Assembly: GCF_001194135.2 (NCBI RefSeq)
Contig: NC_068981.1
Span: forward strand, 90,418,521 to 90,477,917
From: Octopus bimaculoides
Taxonomy: Eukaryota
Reading direction: 5' to 3'
Length of the DNA stretch: 59,397 bases
This document shows positions 11,601 through 25,700 of the stretch, one piece after another. The notes under the pieces are model-generated. The model worked only from the letters and a program-made list of their open reading frames with translations. It ran no database searches and was not told the origin of the DNA. Every line of letters begins with the position of its first letter. Within the stretch, counting starts at the first letter, position 1. Made by a program: the position numbers and the translations under genes.

Positions 11601-14600
11601 TTTGATCCCTTTTAGTGGAATCCTTTCTGTTGGAAGCATTTGGGGTCAGGGCGGTCCTATACCTCACAGAAGGGAAAAGAGTAGTTTTATTCTTTTTTTT
11701 TTCCTTGTGTGTGTGTTCTTTCACAAACGGAAATTACGATTCAGAAAATAATTTTTTACCAAAAAAAAAAAAATTTTTTAGTTTTCCTTCTAATTTTACC
11801 CCTTCTTCCTTTCATGTGCTTTCCCATGAGATAAGGGTCTTCGAGGGACAGCTAATTCAAAACTCAGGCCTCATCGTGTTTTATGACTTGAAATCTAGTC
11901 AGTTGACTTTTTTTCCCCACTCTTTTGGTGTAGAATACTATATCTAGATCGAATGAATGTGAACTGTTACTCTTCCACTTTTTTGTCTTCTCGGCAGACT
12001 TTCGGAATAGCAAGTGCCTGTTGTTCGGAAGGCACGATGAGGTGGGTGCGACGGCGAGGACAAAATGTTTGAAAAGCATGAATTAAAACTAAACTTTTTT
12101 AAAAAAAGATCCCTATCCCTTTTCCAGTTTCAATGTTCTGAGATGTGAGATACTATAAAATATGGAAAAATCCAGAAAAAAAAAAAAAATTCCGATACTA
12201 TGTGGGACAGCGATTCCGAAAGTTCGTCTTTTCTTAGGTTGAAAATTTAAAATCTATTTAATCTCTTAATTTTTCTGCTCTGTCTGATATTTTTAAACCT
12301 GTTTCTAAAAGGCTGTTTGAACTATTTTTATTTTTGTACTATTTCAGTTAAAAAATAAAAACTCAACAAATAAACAAAACTGCTGTAACCGTTTTATATA
12401 TGCTGTGTGAGGTGTAGACAACAATGTAGACAAGTCCATAGACCCACATACACTCACTATTGTTTATTCTATATATATTTTCTCTCCCACATTTCTGTCC
12501 CTCAGTATTTAGAGTAGCAATAAAGAATTTACTTTTCAGTATCTGGTATTAATTAAAGCAACGAGCTCTATAAATACACACCAACTAGTTTAGAGGAAAC
12601 AATTGCTCAAATGTTGACAAGTTAAAATTTGAATTTCCCTCCCCAACAGTCTGTTGGTGAGAAATCCTGGTCACGTTTATTCCTCGCCTCCTCTGTGAAG
12701 ATAAAATTGTTTATCTTTTCGGCTTTGACCTAATAAGGATGGGCGTTAGAACGTAACCGGTTTTCTCTCATTTGAAAAAAGCAACTGTCATGTTCTCCTT
12801 CAACCTGAAATATTTTGTTTGTTCTTTTCTTAAATATTTCTTTATGTAATATAAACTATTTTAAGCATAACTACAGGGTTGTAGTTATGCCCTAATTTAT
12901 TTGTAGTTTAACTTCTGGACAACGAACAAAAGAATTTTTGTTTTGACGACTACGTCTTTTTTAAGGGGTCACTAAACAGTACTCAGTATGATGGATTTGG
13001 CTGCTCTTTCTAACAAGCAGAATGACCACGTAGTCTCGTTAGTAAAAGAATCTAATTGTAGCATAAGTAAAAATTGAAATGTGCTTTATTAAACATTTTT
13101 CAACTTTTTCTTCTTAATCATAGAACATGTTAATTATGTATTAATGAGTAAGGAGGTAGCAAAGTTATAGTTATTCAAATTAAAGTGTTTATTTTTTTAA
13201 CGAAGTTTTCAAAAGTTCGACATACCGGTGTTTCTCTCCAAAAACCGGTCGGGGAAAGGGGTTAAAAAAGACGTTTCTTCGCAATTTTTTTTTCTTTTTT
13301 TCTTTTTTTTTTTCTTGCTTAAAATATAGTCCAGAGCATTTCCATGGGCACTGTGAATAAGAAAATTAAAAAAAATCCCCTTCAAAACGGAGAAATTGCA
13401 ACTTGGTGTTGACTGCAGCATCAGCCCATATATTATTATTATTATTATTATTATTATTAAGGCGGTGAGCTGGTAGGATCGTTAGCGCACTGGACGAAAT
13501 GCTGAGCGGTATTTCGCCCGTCTCTATGTTCTGAGTTCAAACTCTGCCGAAGTTGACTTTGTCTTTCGTCCTTTCGGGGTCGATTAAATAAGTACCGGTT
13601 ACGCACTGGTGTCGATGTAATCGACTTAATCCCCTCCTACAAGCTACCTTTGAGGCAAAAATTTGAAATCATTAGCAGGAGCAAGTGATTCAAAGATACG
13701 AAACTATAGGCTCTTGAGTCACTCTGTTTTTTTTCTGCTAAACATATATATCTTCGAAACGTCTAGATAGAATAGAGACAGCTGATGAAGGGATATTCCA
13801 AGTGGCTTTCCGTTTTCCTATGTGTTCGTTCCGTTGTCTGTGGTTTATTGTTCTAACGTCCTGTACCCTGATATGCATATATATACACATGTAGATGTAA
13901 GTATGTACATATGTGTGTATACATGTATATATATTCTTTGTATTATTATNNNNNNNNNNNNNNNNNNNNNNNNNNNNNNNNNNNNNNNNNNNNNNNNNNN
14001 CATAGTGAATATTAAAATGGAGGAAGAACAAAGTTTAATTTCAAATACTGTTTTTATACATACACTCATCATCGTCGTTTAACGTCCGCTTTCCATGCTG
14101 ACATGGGTTGGACGGTTTGACTGAGGACTGGTGAGCCAGATGACTGCACCAGGCTTCAATCTGATCTGGCAGAGTTTCTACAGCTGGATGTCCTTCTTAA
14201 CGCCAACCACTCCAAGAGTGTAGTGGGTGTTTTACATGCCACCGGCACGAGAGCCAGTCAAGCAGTACTGGTGACAGCCACACTCAAATGGTGTTTTTTA
14301 TGTACCACCTGCACAGGAGCCAGTCCAGCTTCACTGGCAACGACCTCGAAGACAACAAATTTCCAGCAATTTAATTTTTAGTAATTAAAATAAATCAGAA
14401 GCACTGTTCTAAGCAAAAAAGTGCAAAGCACATCTGAGAAGCAATTATATTGTGTACTCAACTCCCATTTTGCCACCAGCTTTCTTCTATTTCACGGTAC
14501 TACCACCTGTATACTAAACATCACTTCTGATTAGGTGCTGGTGCTATTCAGTGGGACTGAACCTATATAACATCATCAGTAGTTCCCAACCATTTTTTTT

Positions 14601-16717
14601 TTTACCTATAGACCCCTTTGATTTCTGTTTTACTCGAGTGGACCCTCATAGCAGTCATGGCAGATACCGGTGTCATGCAAATGGCACCTGTGCTGCTGGC
14701 ATGTAAAAGCACCCATTACACTCGGAGTGGTTGCTGTTTGGAAGGGCATCCAGCCATAGGAAACCATGCCAAATCAGACTGGAGTCTGGTGCAGTCTTCC
14801 AGCTTACCATCCCTGGTCAAACCATCCAACCCATGCCAGCATGGACAACATATGTTAAATGATGATGTTCTTTGATGCTGAACACATAGTATTAAGTAAA
14901 GACTGGAATTTGCTTGTACATGTTTGCAACCATTAGTTTATAGTTTGTTCCATTTCCATGGAGAGTGAATAATGTAATATTTCAGGCCCTTGCTCTTCAC
15001 CTGTGATCTCATTAGCTGTTAAAACTGGCCAGTTACACACATCCAAGCTTTACTGCAATCTTTTATTAATCCCATTTCCTATAATTTTGAAATCTACATT
15101 CTTTGTTAGCCATTATAAAGGACTTATATTGTTTCATTGTGTATGGCAGAATCAGTACTTCAAACAAAATACTTTACTAAATTTAGTTACATTTATGTTC
15201 CAAGTTTAAATGAAACCCAAGTTGATTTTTGCCTTTCATCCATCTGAGGCCAAGAAAATAAGTGCCACTAATGTACTGGAGTTGATCATAATCCACTATG
15301 GTGGATTGTCAGAAACCACTCGAAGATTAAGAGAATGCATACTCTTTTACTCTTTTACCTGTTTCAGTCATTTGACCGTGGCCATGCTGGAGCACTGCCT
15401 TTAGTCGAGCAAATCGACCCCAGGACTTATTCTTTGTAAGCCTAGTACTTATTCTATCGGTCTCTTTTGCCAAACACACTAGCATCGGTTGTCAAGCGAT
15501 GTTGGGGGGACAAACACACACGCATATATACACATATATATATATATATATATATACGGCGGGCTTCTTTCAGTTTCCGTCTACCAAATCCACTCACAAG
15601 GCTTTGGTCGGCCCAAGGCTATAGTATATAGTAGAAGACACTTGCCCAAGGTGCCTCGCAGTGGGACTGAACCCGGAACTATGTGATTGGTAAGCAAGCT
15701 ACTTACCACACAGCCACTCCTACGCCTCAACAAAAATATATATATTACATGTTTTTTTTTCTTTTAAAATATATATTATTACATGTTCTTTTTATTTTAA
15801 AAGAATGGTTTTTGTCAGATGATTTAATTTTACAACTGGGTGTTCTCCCTGCAGCATATTACCCAATGCTAAATGTACTGAAATAATCTGTCCTTATCAA
15901 TGTATTTTTAAAATAGTGTTATCTAGGATATGTTTGACTTCATGAGTGCAGTTTTAACTGACATTCTTATATTCTAGCTACTAAGCAATGTTGTTAGTCT
16001 GGGGTTTATTGAAGCATTAGGCACCATTATGTTATCTCTGTACATTCATTTGTAACCTCTTTAAGCATTATCATCTTGATTTCAGAATGGTTTGCAAGCA
16101 CACATCATTCTGATTATGTAGTCACGCCAATAAAGTTAATACATTTTTAATTCAGTGGCATCTTAAACCAAAGAAATTATTGCTAAAGTTATTTAACATT
16201 AAATAAGATTACTTAGCATTGAGAAAACTGGAAAATTCTAAAAATTTGTTTGGAGAGCAAGTTTAAATTTATTGATATGAAACCTAAATTTGGTCAGCTT
16301 TCTTGATCAGGGCCATAGTTCAGATCTCTTTATCTCTCTCATATTTATATGTGTGTGTGTGAAGGTCCATGGCTCAGTAGTTAGTGTCGAGCTTACGATC
16401 ATGAAGTTGTGAGTTCAATTCCCGGACCAGGTTGCGTGTTGTGTTCTTGATACTTTTATTTCATGTTGCTCCAGTTTACTCAGCTGTAGAAATGAGTTGC
16501 GACATCACTGGTGCCAAACTGTATTGGCCTTTGCCTTTCCCTTGGATAGCATCAGTTGTGTGGAGAAGGAGGGCTGGTATGCATGGGCGACTGCTGGCCT
16601 TCTACAAATAACCTTGCTCGAATTTGTGCCTCGGAGGGTAACTTTCTGGGTGTAATCCCATGGTCATTCATGACTGGTGGGGTCTCCTCCTCCTCACACA
16701 GACACACACACACACAC

Positions 16718-16762
<45 letters not shown>

Positions 16763-19700
16763 NNNNNNNNNNTAACGTCTAGATATTTTACTCTGGATAA
16801 TTACACTTGTGGTACCAGCTTAAATGAGGTATCATTCCAAAAATTAATATGAAATAAGAGGAAACCTTCATTGAAGTAGTTTTTCTTTCTCTTTATATTT
16901 TGCTATTTAACCAACTAATCTATGCTAACTCTTATAGATTGGGTAAGCTCTAAAGAGATTTAAAAACTTTTTGCTGCTTGAAGTGATTTGGGATGTCATC
17001 CAACTGTAGGGTCATAGGAAAAAGACAAAAGGAAGAAAACCTAATTTCATAGAGATTGCCATATGTTTTACTGCTGGAGAAAGTGGATTGACATTGGTCA
17101 GAGAAGAAGTCACTAAGAAACTAGTGTACATATTCAGATATGTGTTTCATTGATTCATTTATTTACAAGGAAATATGCTGAACAATAAAATAGCTACTAA
17201 ATGCTTGTATTTAAGACAGCTGTTGTTAAATAATCACATCAAATTCAAAAACATTAATATTTATATTCATTAATATCTATATTAAGTTTTCAATAATTTT
17301 GATTTTGTTCATGTCCAACGTATTGTCATCATTATGAATGGAAATTGTTTTCACTTTTTTTTTAGTTTTATTATTACTAATCTTGAACATTGTTTTGATA
17401 AGGTCATGTAAGGTTTATACTGAGGAGGATTCATTTTATCAAACCAAGAAAGTGGACTGGAAATGTTGTCAGATTGAGTTTGTGGTTTGAATGAAATTAA
17501 GTAATCTTATGTAAATTAACTACATACCTTTTAATTGTCTGATGACTTAGTTTTTTTTTTGTCATTTCTAAATATCAGAAAATCATTGAGAGGACTAAAG
17601 AACGAAGAGAGAAGCTGAAAATGATGAGCGAGACAGATGGAACACACAGAAGACGGAGACCTTTGTCTGAAGACATGTCAGCTAACATAGAAACAGTTCA
17701 AGATGATGGTAAGCAGTTATTGCTTTGGTCAATTGTAAAAAAAAAATAGTTTTAATATTCCAATCTCTATAAGATTTGAAATGTCTTTTCTTCTTTTGTT
17801 TTAAGAGTTTGATAAGTTATCTAACTGCTCCAACTAGCACTACCATCACTGGCATTTGGTTTACCAAGTATTGTAATTATGTCAGTTAAACATTTTCATT
17901 CAGATTAGTTTAAGAGATTTTATTATATTGAACTCTATTTTGCATTATTTTGTTATATATAATTTTAGTGTTAAATGATTAATGGGATGGAAGAAATGCA
18001 ATTGTCTTTCAATAAGTACATCTGTCATTCAGAATACTGAATTCAAATCCTATGAAGTTTGATTTTTTTTTTTTTATCTCATGGGGTGGGGTGTGCAAAA
18101 TAAATGAAGTATCAGGCTTGTACTTAGTTGTTTTCAGTAACATTTTCTCCTCGATTTAAATTTGGGGCTTTCAGCTAAGATAAAAAAGAAAATCAATATT
18201 ACTCTTTTACTTGTTTCAGTCATTTGACTGTGGCCATGCTGGAGCACCGCCTTTAGTACTTATTCTATCGGTCTCTTTTGCTGAACTGCTAAGTTACGGG
18301 GACATAAACACACCACCATCAGTTGTCAAGCGATATTGGGGAGACAAATACAGACACACGAACCCACACACACACATGCATACGACTGGCTTCTTTCAGT
18401 TTCCGTCTACCAAATCCACTTACAAGGCTTTGGTCGGCCCGAGGCTATAGTAGAAGACACTTGCCCAAGGTGCCACAGAGTGGGACTGAACCTGGAACCA
18501 TGTGGTTGGTAAGCAAGCTATCAATTTTGACAGCTAAAGCATATCTAAAGTATATCACTTCATAATGATCCTCCTCCCCATTTAAGACTTTAAAAAGGGT
18601 GTGGGAGTGACATGATGAACCAAAAGGAAGCTGCTGGATGAGTTTTACTATAGCCTTTTGCCGGTCATTTTTGAAATGATGTACAGACATAGCTGCAGTA
18701 GTTTATGGTTTGAAATATATTTGATATCAAAGCAAAGAAACTAATGGAATTTACCAGAAGTATAAAACAAAATAGCATCGTATGAATTAATAAATTTGGC
18801 ATAAGTAAACATATCTTCTCTCACTGTGATTAAAGTTTTATGCTATGATTCCAAATTAGAGAGAGTGGTAGTCCAATGACTGAAACAAGTGAAAGATAAA
18901 TGATATAAGGCAGTCAACTGGCAATTGAAATCATATATCTTTCATGTTATAATAAGATTTTAATATTTTTCCTCAAATATGAACACTTAAGTAGGAGCAG
19001 TCTGTAGGGTAATCTATTTACTCTTTACTCTCTCTTTTACTGTTTTACTTGTTTCAGTCATTTAACTGCGGCCATGCTGGAGCACCGCCTTTTAGTCGAG
19101 CAAATTAACTCCAGGACTTATTCTTTGGAAGCCTAGTGCTTATTCTATCGATCTTTTTTGCTGAACCACTAAATTACGGGGACGTAAACACACCAGCATC
19201 AGTTGTCAAGCGATGTTGGGGGATAAACACAGACACACACACACACACACACACATATATATGACGGGCTTCTTTCAGTTTCCGTCTACCAAATCCACTC
19301 ACAAAGCTTTGGTCGGCCCGAGGCTATAGTAGAAGACACTTGCCCAAGGTGCCACGCAGTGGGAATGAACCCGGAACCATGTGGTTGGTAAGCAAGCTAC
19401 TTACCACACAGCCACTCCTGCACCTAATATTTGATAATCATTTTTTTTTTTAATCTAATTTTCACTTCATTATAAAGTGTGCAGGAATGCACTTTTACTA
19501 ATTTTTCTTCATATTTATTAAAGATTCTCCTAAACGTCAGTGTCTCCGATCAGCAGAACAAAATATAAAACCAGATACCCCAGCTATACGCGGTGTACAG
19601 TCGCGGAGAAATGACTTGACTACTCTTTGTCTTAGTTCTGGTGAGTTTTTGAACTTATTTGATGTTTGTAATTGTCATCATCAACATTTAACATCCGTTT

Positions 19701-22700
19701 TCCATGCTGGCATGGGATTTAGATAATATGCTTCCCAATTTTCTTCCGTTACTTTCCCCAATTAGATTTTTGATGTTGCAGACAAAATAAGTTTGCCTTA
19801 TCAAGCAGAGTTCTCTTTTATCCATTTTTGCCTGGCAGAGTTGATTCTGTATAACTCTTCATCTTTGTTTTACTTTTAGATGATGGTGATTATGTACCAG
19901 TCCCAGTACCGCGAAAGTCTCTTTGCCAAGAAGAGAACAGAGATCCTAATCAAGAAGTATTCAAGCCACAGTGTCGCTCTCGTCTGGCTAAACTAGCTCA
20001 GCGTATTAATGCTTGGGATGATGACTATTCAAAACATGAAACAGTTGGGTCAGTTCAACTTCTCACTTATTAAAGTTCCTGCTTAAATATCATCATCATC
20101 ATCATTTAACATTGGTTTTCCATGCTAGCATGAATTTTTAAAACAATATTTTCAATATTCATTTTAAATGACTTTGAAACCTGAATTTGTGCAAGACTGC
20201 AATTTGGAGATGTTACTTCTACTTGTTTCACTCATTAGACTGCAGCCATGCTGGGGTACTGCATGAATGAATCAACCCCAAGACTTATTTTTTAAGCCTG
20301 GTACTTATTCTATTTGTCTCTTTTGCTGAACTGCTAAGTTATGGGAACACACACGCCAACACCAGTTGTCAAGTAATGAGGATGGCGGTTGATACACACA
20401 CACACACACACACACATATATGTGTGTGTGTGTGATTGGCTTCTTTCAGTTTCCATCTACCAAATCCACTCAAGATTTTGGTCAGCCTGAGGCTATAGTA
20501 GAAGACACTTGCTCAAGATGCCATGCAGTGGGACTGAACCCAGAACCATGTGGTTGGGAAGCAAGCTTTTTATCACACAGCCACACCTGTTCAACTGTAT
20601 TATGAATATTGTATGCATTTTCCAGCTAGTAGTAGTAGTAGTAGTAGTAGTATGGAAAGCAGAATAATGTGATTAATTTCAAGACTTAAGACAGTTCCTG
20701 AGGTACTGTTTAATCTTAAAATCAGTACATCAGCATTGTCACTATCCTTGTCTTTTGATGTCCATCTTTTATATTGGCATGGATTGGACAGTTTGAGAGG
20801 ATGCAATGGGTCCAAGGACTGTCATATTCCAGTGTCTGCTTTGACATGGTTTCTACAGCTGGATGCCCTTCTTAATGCCAACCAATTTACAGAGTATACT
20901 GGATATTCTTTTTATGTGACATTGGTACTAGTGAGGTTGCTGTGGAGCTCTCAAGACTAAGATCTCTTGACTGAGTGAGGCGCTACAATTAAGAAAGGCG
21001 ACTTTATGTTAAGAGATGAGAAATTAGGAGCTACATGGCATCTCACACTATGGAAGAGTGGGTGGAAGTAACCAGAATGGAGCTAGGGGAAAAGAGAGAG
21101 AGATAAAAGTGTTAGTGTCAGGGTAGACCCTAAAGGTATAAGATGAAGAGGAGTGGGCACAGAACAGGGATTGAGTGTGGGTAGAGGTTACAAGTGTATG
21201 AACAGAGTGAAGGATGGTTAAAAATGGGGAATGGTTGAGGAGCAAACATGAAGAACAAGTGTTATTCACAATATGTTCACAATCTTTCACAGAAGATTGT
21301 GAACATATTACACCTTTTGTATGAAGGTTACTTTTGATTGCAATTAATCTACACATATCAAGATGAGGGTATGCACACTAGTGCACATACATACAAATAT
21401 GACAAGCTAGTTTCTGTCCACCAAATTTCATGCATCAGGATTGTTCAACTCAAGACCATAGTAGAAGTCATTGCGTCCACAATGGGAGTTTTGTCATGCT
21501 ACTGGCACCAGAAAGGTGTCTAGCATTACTCAATTTCTCCTTCTACATTGTATCAATTATTATTGAAAGTTATTAACCCATTACCTCTCATAATTCTTTT
21601 AACTGGAATTTAATAGAAACACGCTGGAATGATCAAAATAACATTTTAAATAGAAATAAGTGAGATATTGGGAGAAAAATTAGCAAACCTCATTTGAATA
21701 TCAGAGAAATATACCTAGTTGATATAGCCAAAAGTTTAGATATGTGTAAATATTGACAGATAATTACGAAATTTGTAATTTTTAAGTGATCTCATATGAG
21801 ATCACTGGTAGGTAATGGGTTAATGTATGAGATGTGGTGTTCCACTGGAGCTTGCAAAGTCCATCTCTTCTCCATGCGATATGAGCCACTCTTAATTCAC
21901 ATGCTGCTGAGTTTGCTCAGTGTCTTACTTTCTAGGCAGGTCGCTCACTATGGCTGAAAAGTCATATCTCTCCATGCTGCTGCTAAGAGATTTCATAGTA
22001 TTGAGGCAGACTGAAAGAGGAAGGGAACCTGCAGTAGTAGTCTGATGAAGGATAAGACTTTTTCCATGACTTAGATTAAGAGTGGCAGCTAAACTTAGTT
22101 TAGTAAGAATGATGTGAGATGGGATCCCAACCAAACTATCTAGATATATTCATTTAACATGTTCAAACACTGATAATAAGAAGTATTTACATAGATGAAA
22201 AGAGTAATCATCATGCACCCTGCTTTGTAACTTCAACTCTTCGTTGAACATAGCTGTTTGACAAAAACTGTATTTGACTGAATGAGAAATTGACATGATT
22301 CATGATTGACTCTTGAGGATTTTGTCTTCATTTCACAACTGAGTAGTTTAGCTTCTACAAGGGTATTACTGTATATCTCTGTTCAGAAAAATTCTTTAAA
22401 AATTTATGTAGGTATCTGGATTTGCAGATGTAGTCAAACCATGCAAACAGAATGACATATGTTAAAAATATTAAAATCATGCTACAAAACAACATACATT
22501 AAAAATATTTGAAAAAATATAAGTCTTAAGTGTCAGACATAATGATTTTTTTTTTTTTTTTCTTTTAGCTTATTTAGTCGACCCAACTCAGTTCATTCAG
22601 TTGACAGGGAACGTGACATACCAATGACCACTGCTTTTACTGAAGTGCCACTTGAAACTAGGGATTCTCGGTCAAGGTCTGCTGCTCCAGTGGCCCCTCA

Positions 22701-25700
22701 TATGAGGTCTCCTCGCTCCAAATCTGCTGCACCCATAGCATCTGCACCTGCAACACCTGTACCAGTGCGTTCAAAGTCTCCTGGTCCTTCATATGCTCCG
22801 AGATCTCCAGCACCTGTTGCTCCACGTCTTATGCCAAGTGATGACTTAGAAACAGCTATTGAGACTATGTCAAGGCAGCAGAAGCCATTAAGAAACAACA
22901 AAAAGATCCCTTATACTGCCAAAGGTAGTGGTCATGACCATTTGCAGGATATTCCCAGTGGAATACCTGTTAATGCTCGGGGGCTTAATGATTCCTTAAC
23001 TCAAGGTGAAACCACAGATGATGAACCAACTAACAAACCAGTCTCTGAGCGATTGGCTAAATGGTCAAAGAAAGTATCTGCAACAGAAATTAACTGTGCT
23101 AGTCCTTCTAAAAGTGAAAATACTCAGCCAAATTCTAAAACCACTACTCCTATGGGCAATAGATGCAGCCAGAACTTGTCATCAAAAGTTGCTCAACTCG
23201 AAAAGAGCCTCGGGATTTCATCTACGCCAAAACAAAACAGAGCTGCATTTAGCAATCAACAGTCTTCCCAGTCATCAGGTTCTTCTTCAGTGCAGATTAA
23301 CAGTGTATCGTCGAGTGCACCGTCATCAGCAACACACAATACTCCTGCGGCTGAACCTATAAATGGGAAAAATAAACAGGGTAACAAGCGCCGTGAGAGT
23401 TTTGAACCAACAAGCCAGTCAGTTTCTGAAAGAATGGCTGAATGGCAAAAGAAAGTCAACACTCTTGAAGCGGTGACTGAGAAAGAACCAACCGCTTATC
23501 CAGTAAATGCTCGCATGTCTGCATGGGAACAGGTGACTGCCAGTGGGAGTACTGAATCCAACAAAATGATTAAGCCTAAAGGTACTACATTACCTTGTCC
23601 TACTACAACACCTTCGAGACCAGTGTCTGCAAATATTCCCACAAGTGCTTGCATTCCCAAATCTCCTGGAATGGCAAGGAAATTCGAATCTCCTGTTGTC
23701 AAATCTAATTCTGTTGATGCTAAATCTAAGCCTCTGAGTCCTTCAAAAGCCAGCTGTGCCATGAAAGCTATTCAACAGCGCTTATTTGAAACTCAACAGA
23801 GTACCACCACTCAGTCATTGGCTGAAAGAATTCGGCAGGAACGAATGGCTGAGCTGAAAGTACTTGAAAATCGATGGCATAATGGTATCTTAAAAGATAA
23901 CACTGTGGTGAGTGTCTTACTTTTCCATCAATTAATATTGTATATTATAATTAGAATTGATGTTTATCCTAAGCTTGCCTACATCAAAAGCATTCCTGCT
24001 GTGAATGTCTTTATATATTTATTTCATCATCATCGTCGTCGTCGTCGTTTAACGTCCGCTTTTCATGCTAGCATGGGTTGGACGATTTGACTGAGGACTG
24101 GTGAAACCAGATGGCAACATCAGGCTCCATTCTGATTTGGCAGAGTTTCTACAGCTGGATGTTCTTCCTGACGCCAATCACTCAGAGAGTGTAGTGGGTG
24201 CTTTTACGTGCCACCGGCACGAAGGCCAGTCAGGCGGTACTGGCAACGGCCACGCTCAAAATGGTGTATTATATGTGCCACCCGCACAAGAGCCAGTCCG
24301 CAATGGACTACATTAACCAATGTTTTTTCAAACTTTTTTTTAAGGCAATAAAGTATAGTTTGAGGCAGATTTGACTGCTACTTCTAGTAAGTTGAGCAAC
24401 AACATAGAGGATTCCTCTTTGGCTTGTTGAATGGTAATGTTAAAAACAGTTACGTTGCTTAGGACATTTTACTGTGACTAGTTCAATATTTCAATGCTTT
24501 TAGTTCAAATCTTGTCAGTTAATTTATTATTTTCATTATTCTGGAGTTATAATATTTGTGAACTAGTGTTAATTTAAGTGATTTTGTATCTCCCCTGCAA
24601 AGAATTGGCACAATGAGTCCATTGGAAATATATATATATATATTGTGAATGTGTACTTTTATATTTATATTCATCTATATTGTCTTCTATTTTTTAACTT
24701 GGGTTCTTCTGCCATTAAAAATTTATGAGTCTGATACAGCTCTCCGGATGATGATATATATATAAAATGTGGCTTAATTTAATTATTTAAAATTTTATGT
24801 TGCAGAAATCTGACCAAGAAAGTGATGTCAATGAACCTTCTGGTGAGTATTATTACTTTTAATGAATTTTACTTTGTGTTTTTGATACCTGTTCTATAAA
24901 CTGGGGGTAGTGGTGGAATGAATGTGGATTATAGCTATCAATAGAAATTTTGGAAATGACCTTAAATATATGTATCTCTTGGCCATGGTACACATTATCT
25001 CTCTAACTGTTAATTTTAAAGTTTATTGCTTTTGAGATAGCCAGCTGCTTACAATCACAATACAGATGGTATGCAGTTGGCTAGGTCTTCTTTTCAATAC
25101 CCTTACTGTAACTCAGCATTCAGTTACCACATTTAAACCAGTCTTTACTTACCCAGATTACTCAACTTCAGATCTACAAGTCTTAGTGGAACTGAAAATA
25201 TCATAGTCACTGTTCCATCCCTCTAAATTCATTTGTAAAAACGAGACAAGACTATTCATTGCAATATGGTTAGAAAACGAAGTGTGTTACTGTCCCTTGG
25301 AATATCAACTCTTGTTGATGTTGTTACAATTTGTTGTATTATTTTCTTCCTCTAGCAACTGTACCTAATGAAAAAAAGACTGGACAGATGGTAGCAACAA
25401 GTGGAATACCACCACCACCACCACCATCACTGCCAGCACTGAGCAAAACAACAGCCTCTGCAACTAGCTCCAAGACGACTACAACTGCTTCTACTGGAGA
25501 GAGTAGTAGTATATTCAAACTGGTTGCAGTCCCAGAGAAGAAGTCTGCTCTAGTAAATTCAGAGGATACTCCTTTGAAAAGTGTAGTTAAGCAAGTTCGT
25601 TTTGAGGACAGCTTTGAAAGTTCAGATGACTATTATGGATATGGACAGTAAGTGTTCTATTTTATAAATTTGTTTGTTTTTATCTTGCACTTTCTTAATA

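Noticed and set aside
11553-11670. Strong acceptor in intron 1 as another alternative exon (similar cases at ~10144, ~10877, ~11235)
   Set aside because: Frames close before any good donor, so they do not fit the alternative N-terminus model.
21840-22150. Possible old LINE fragment in intron 3
   Set aside because: Higher GC but no motif I can confidently recognise.
24101-24316. Recurrent similar short ORFs (e.g. [29 protein letters not shown])
   Set aside because: Translations of dispersed SINE/RTE-tail copies, not a gene family.
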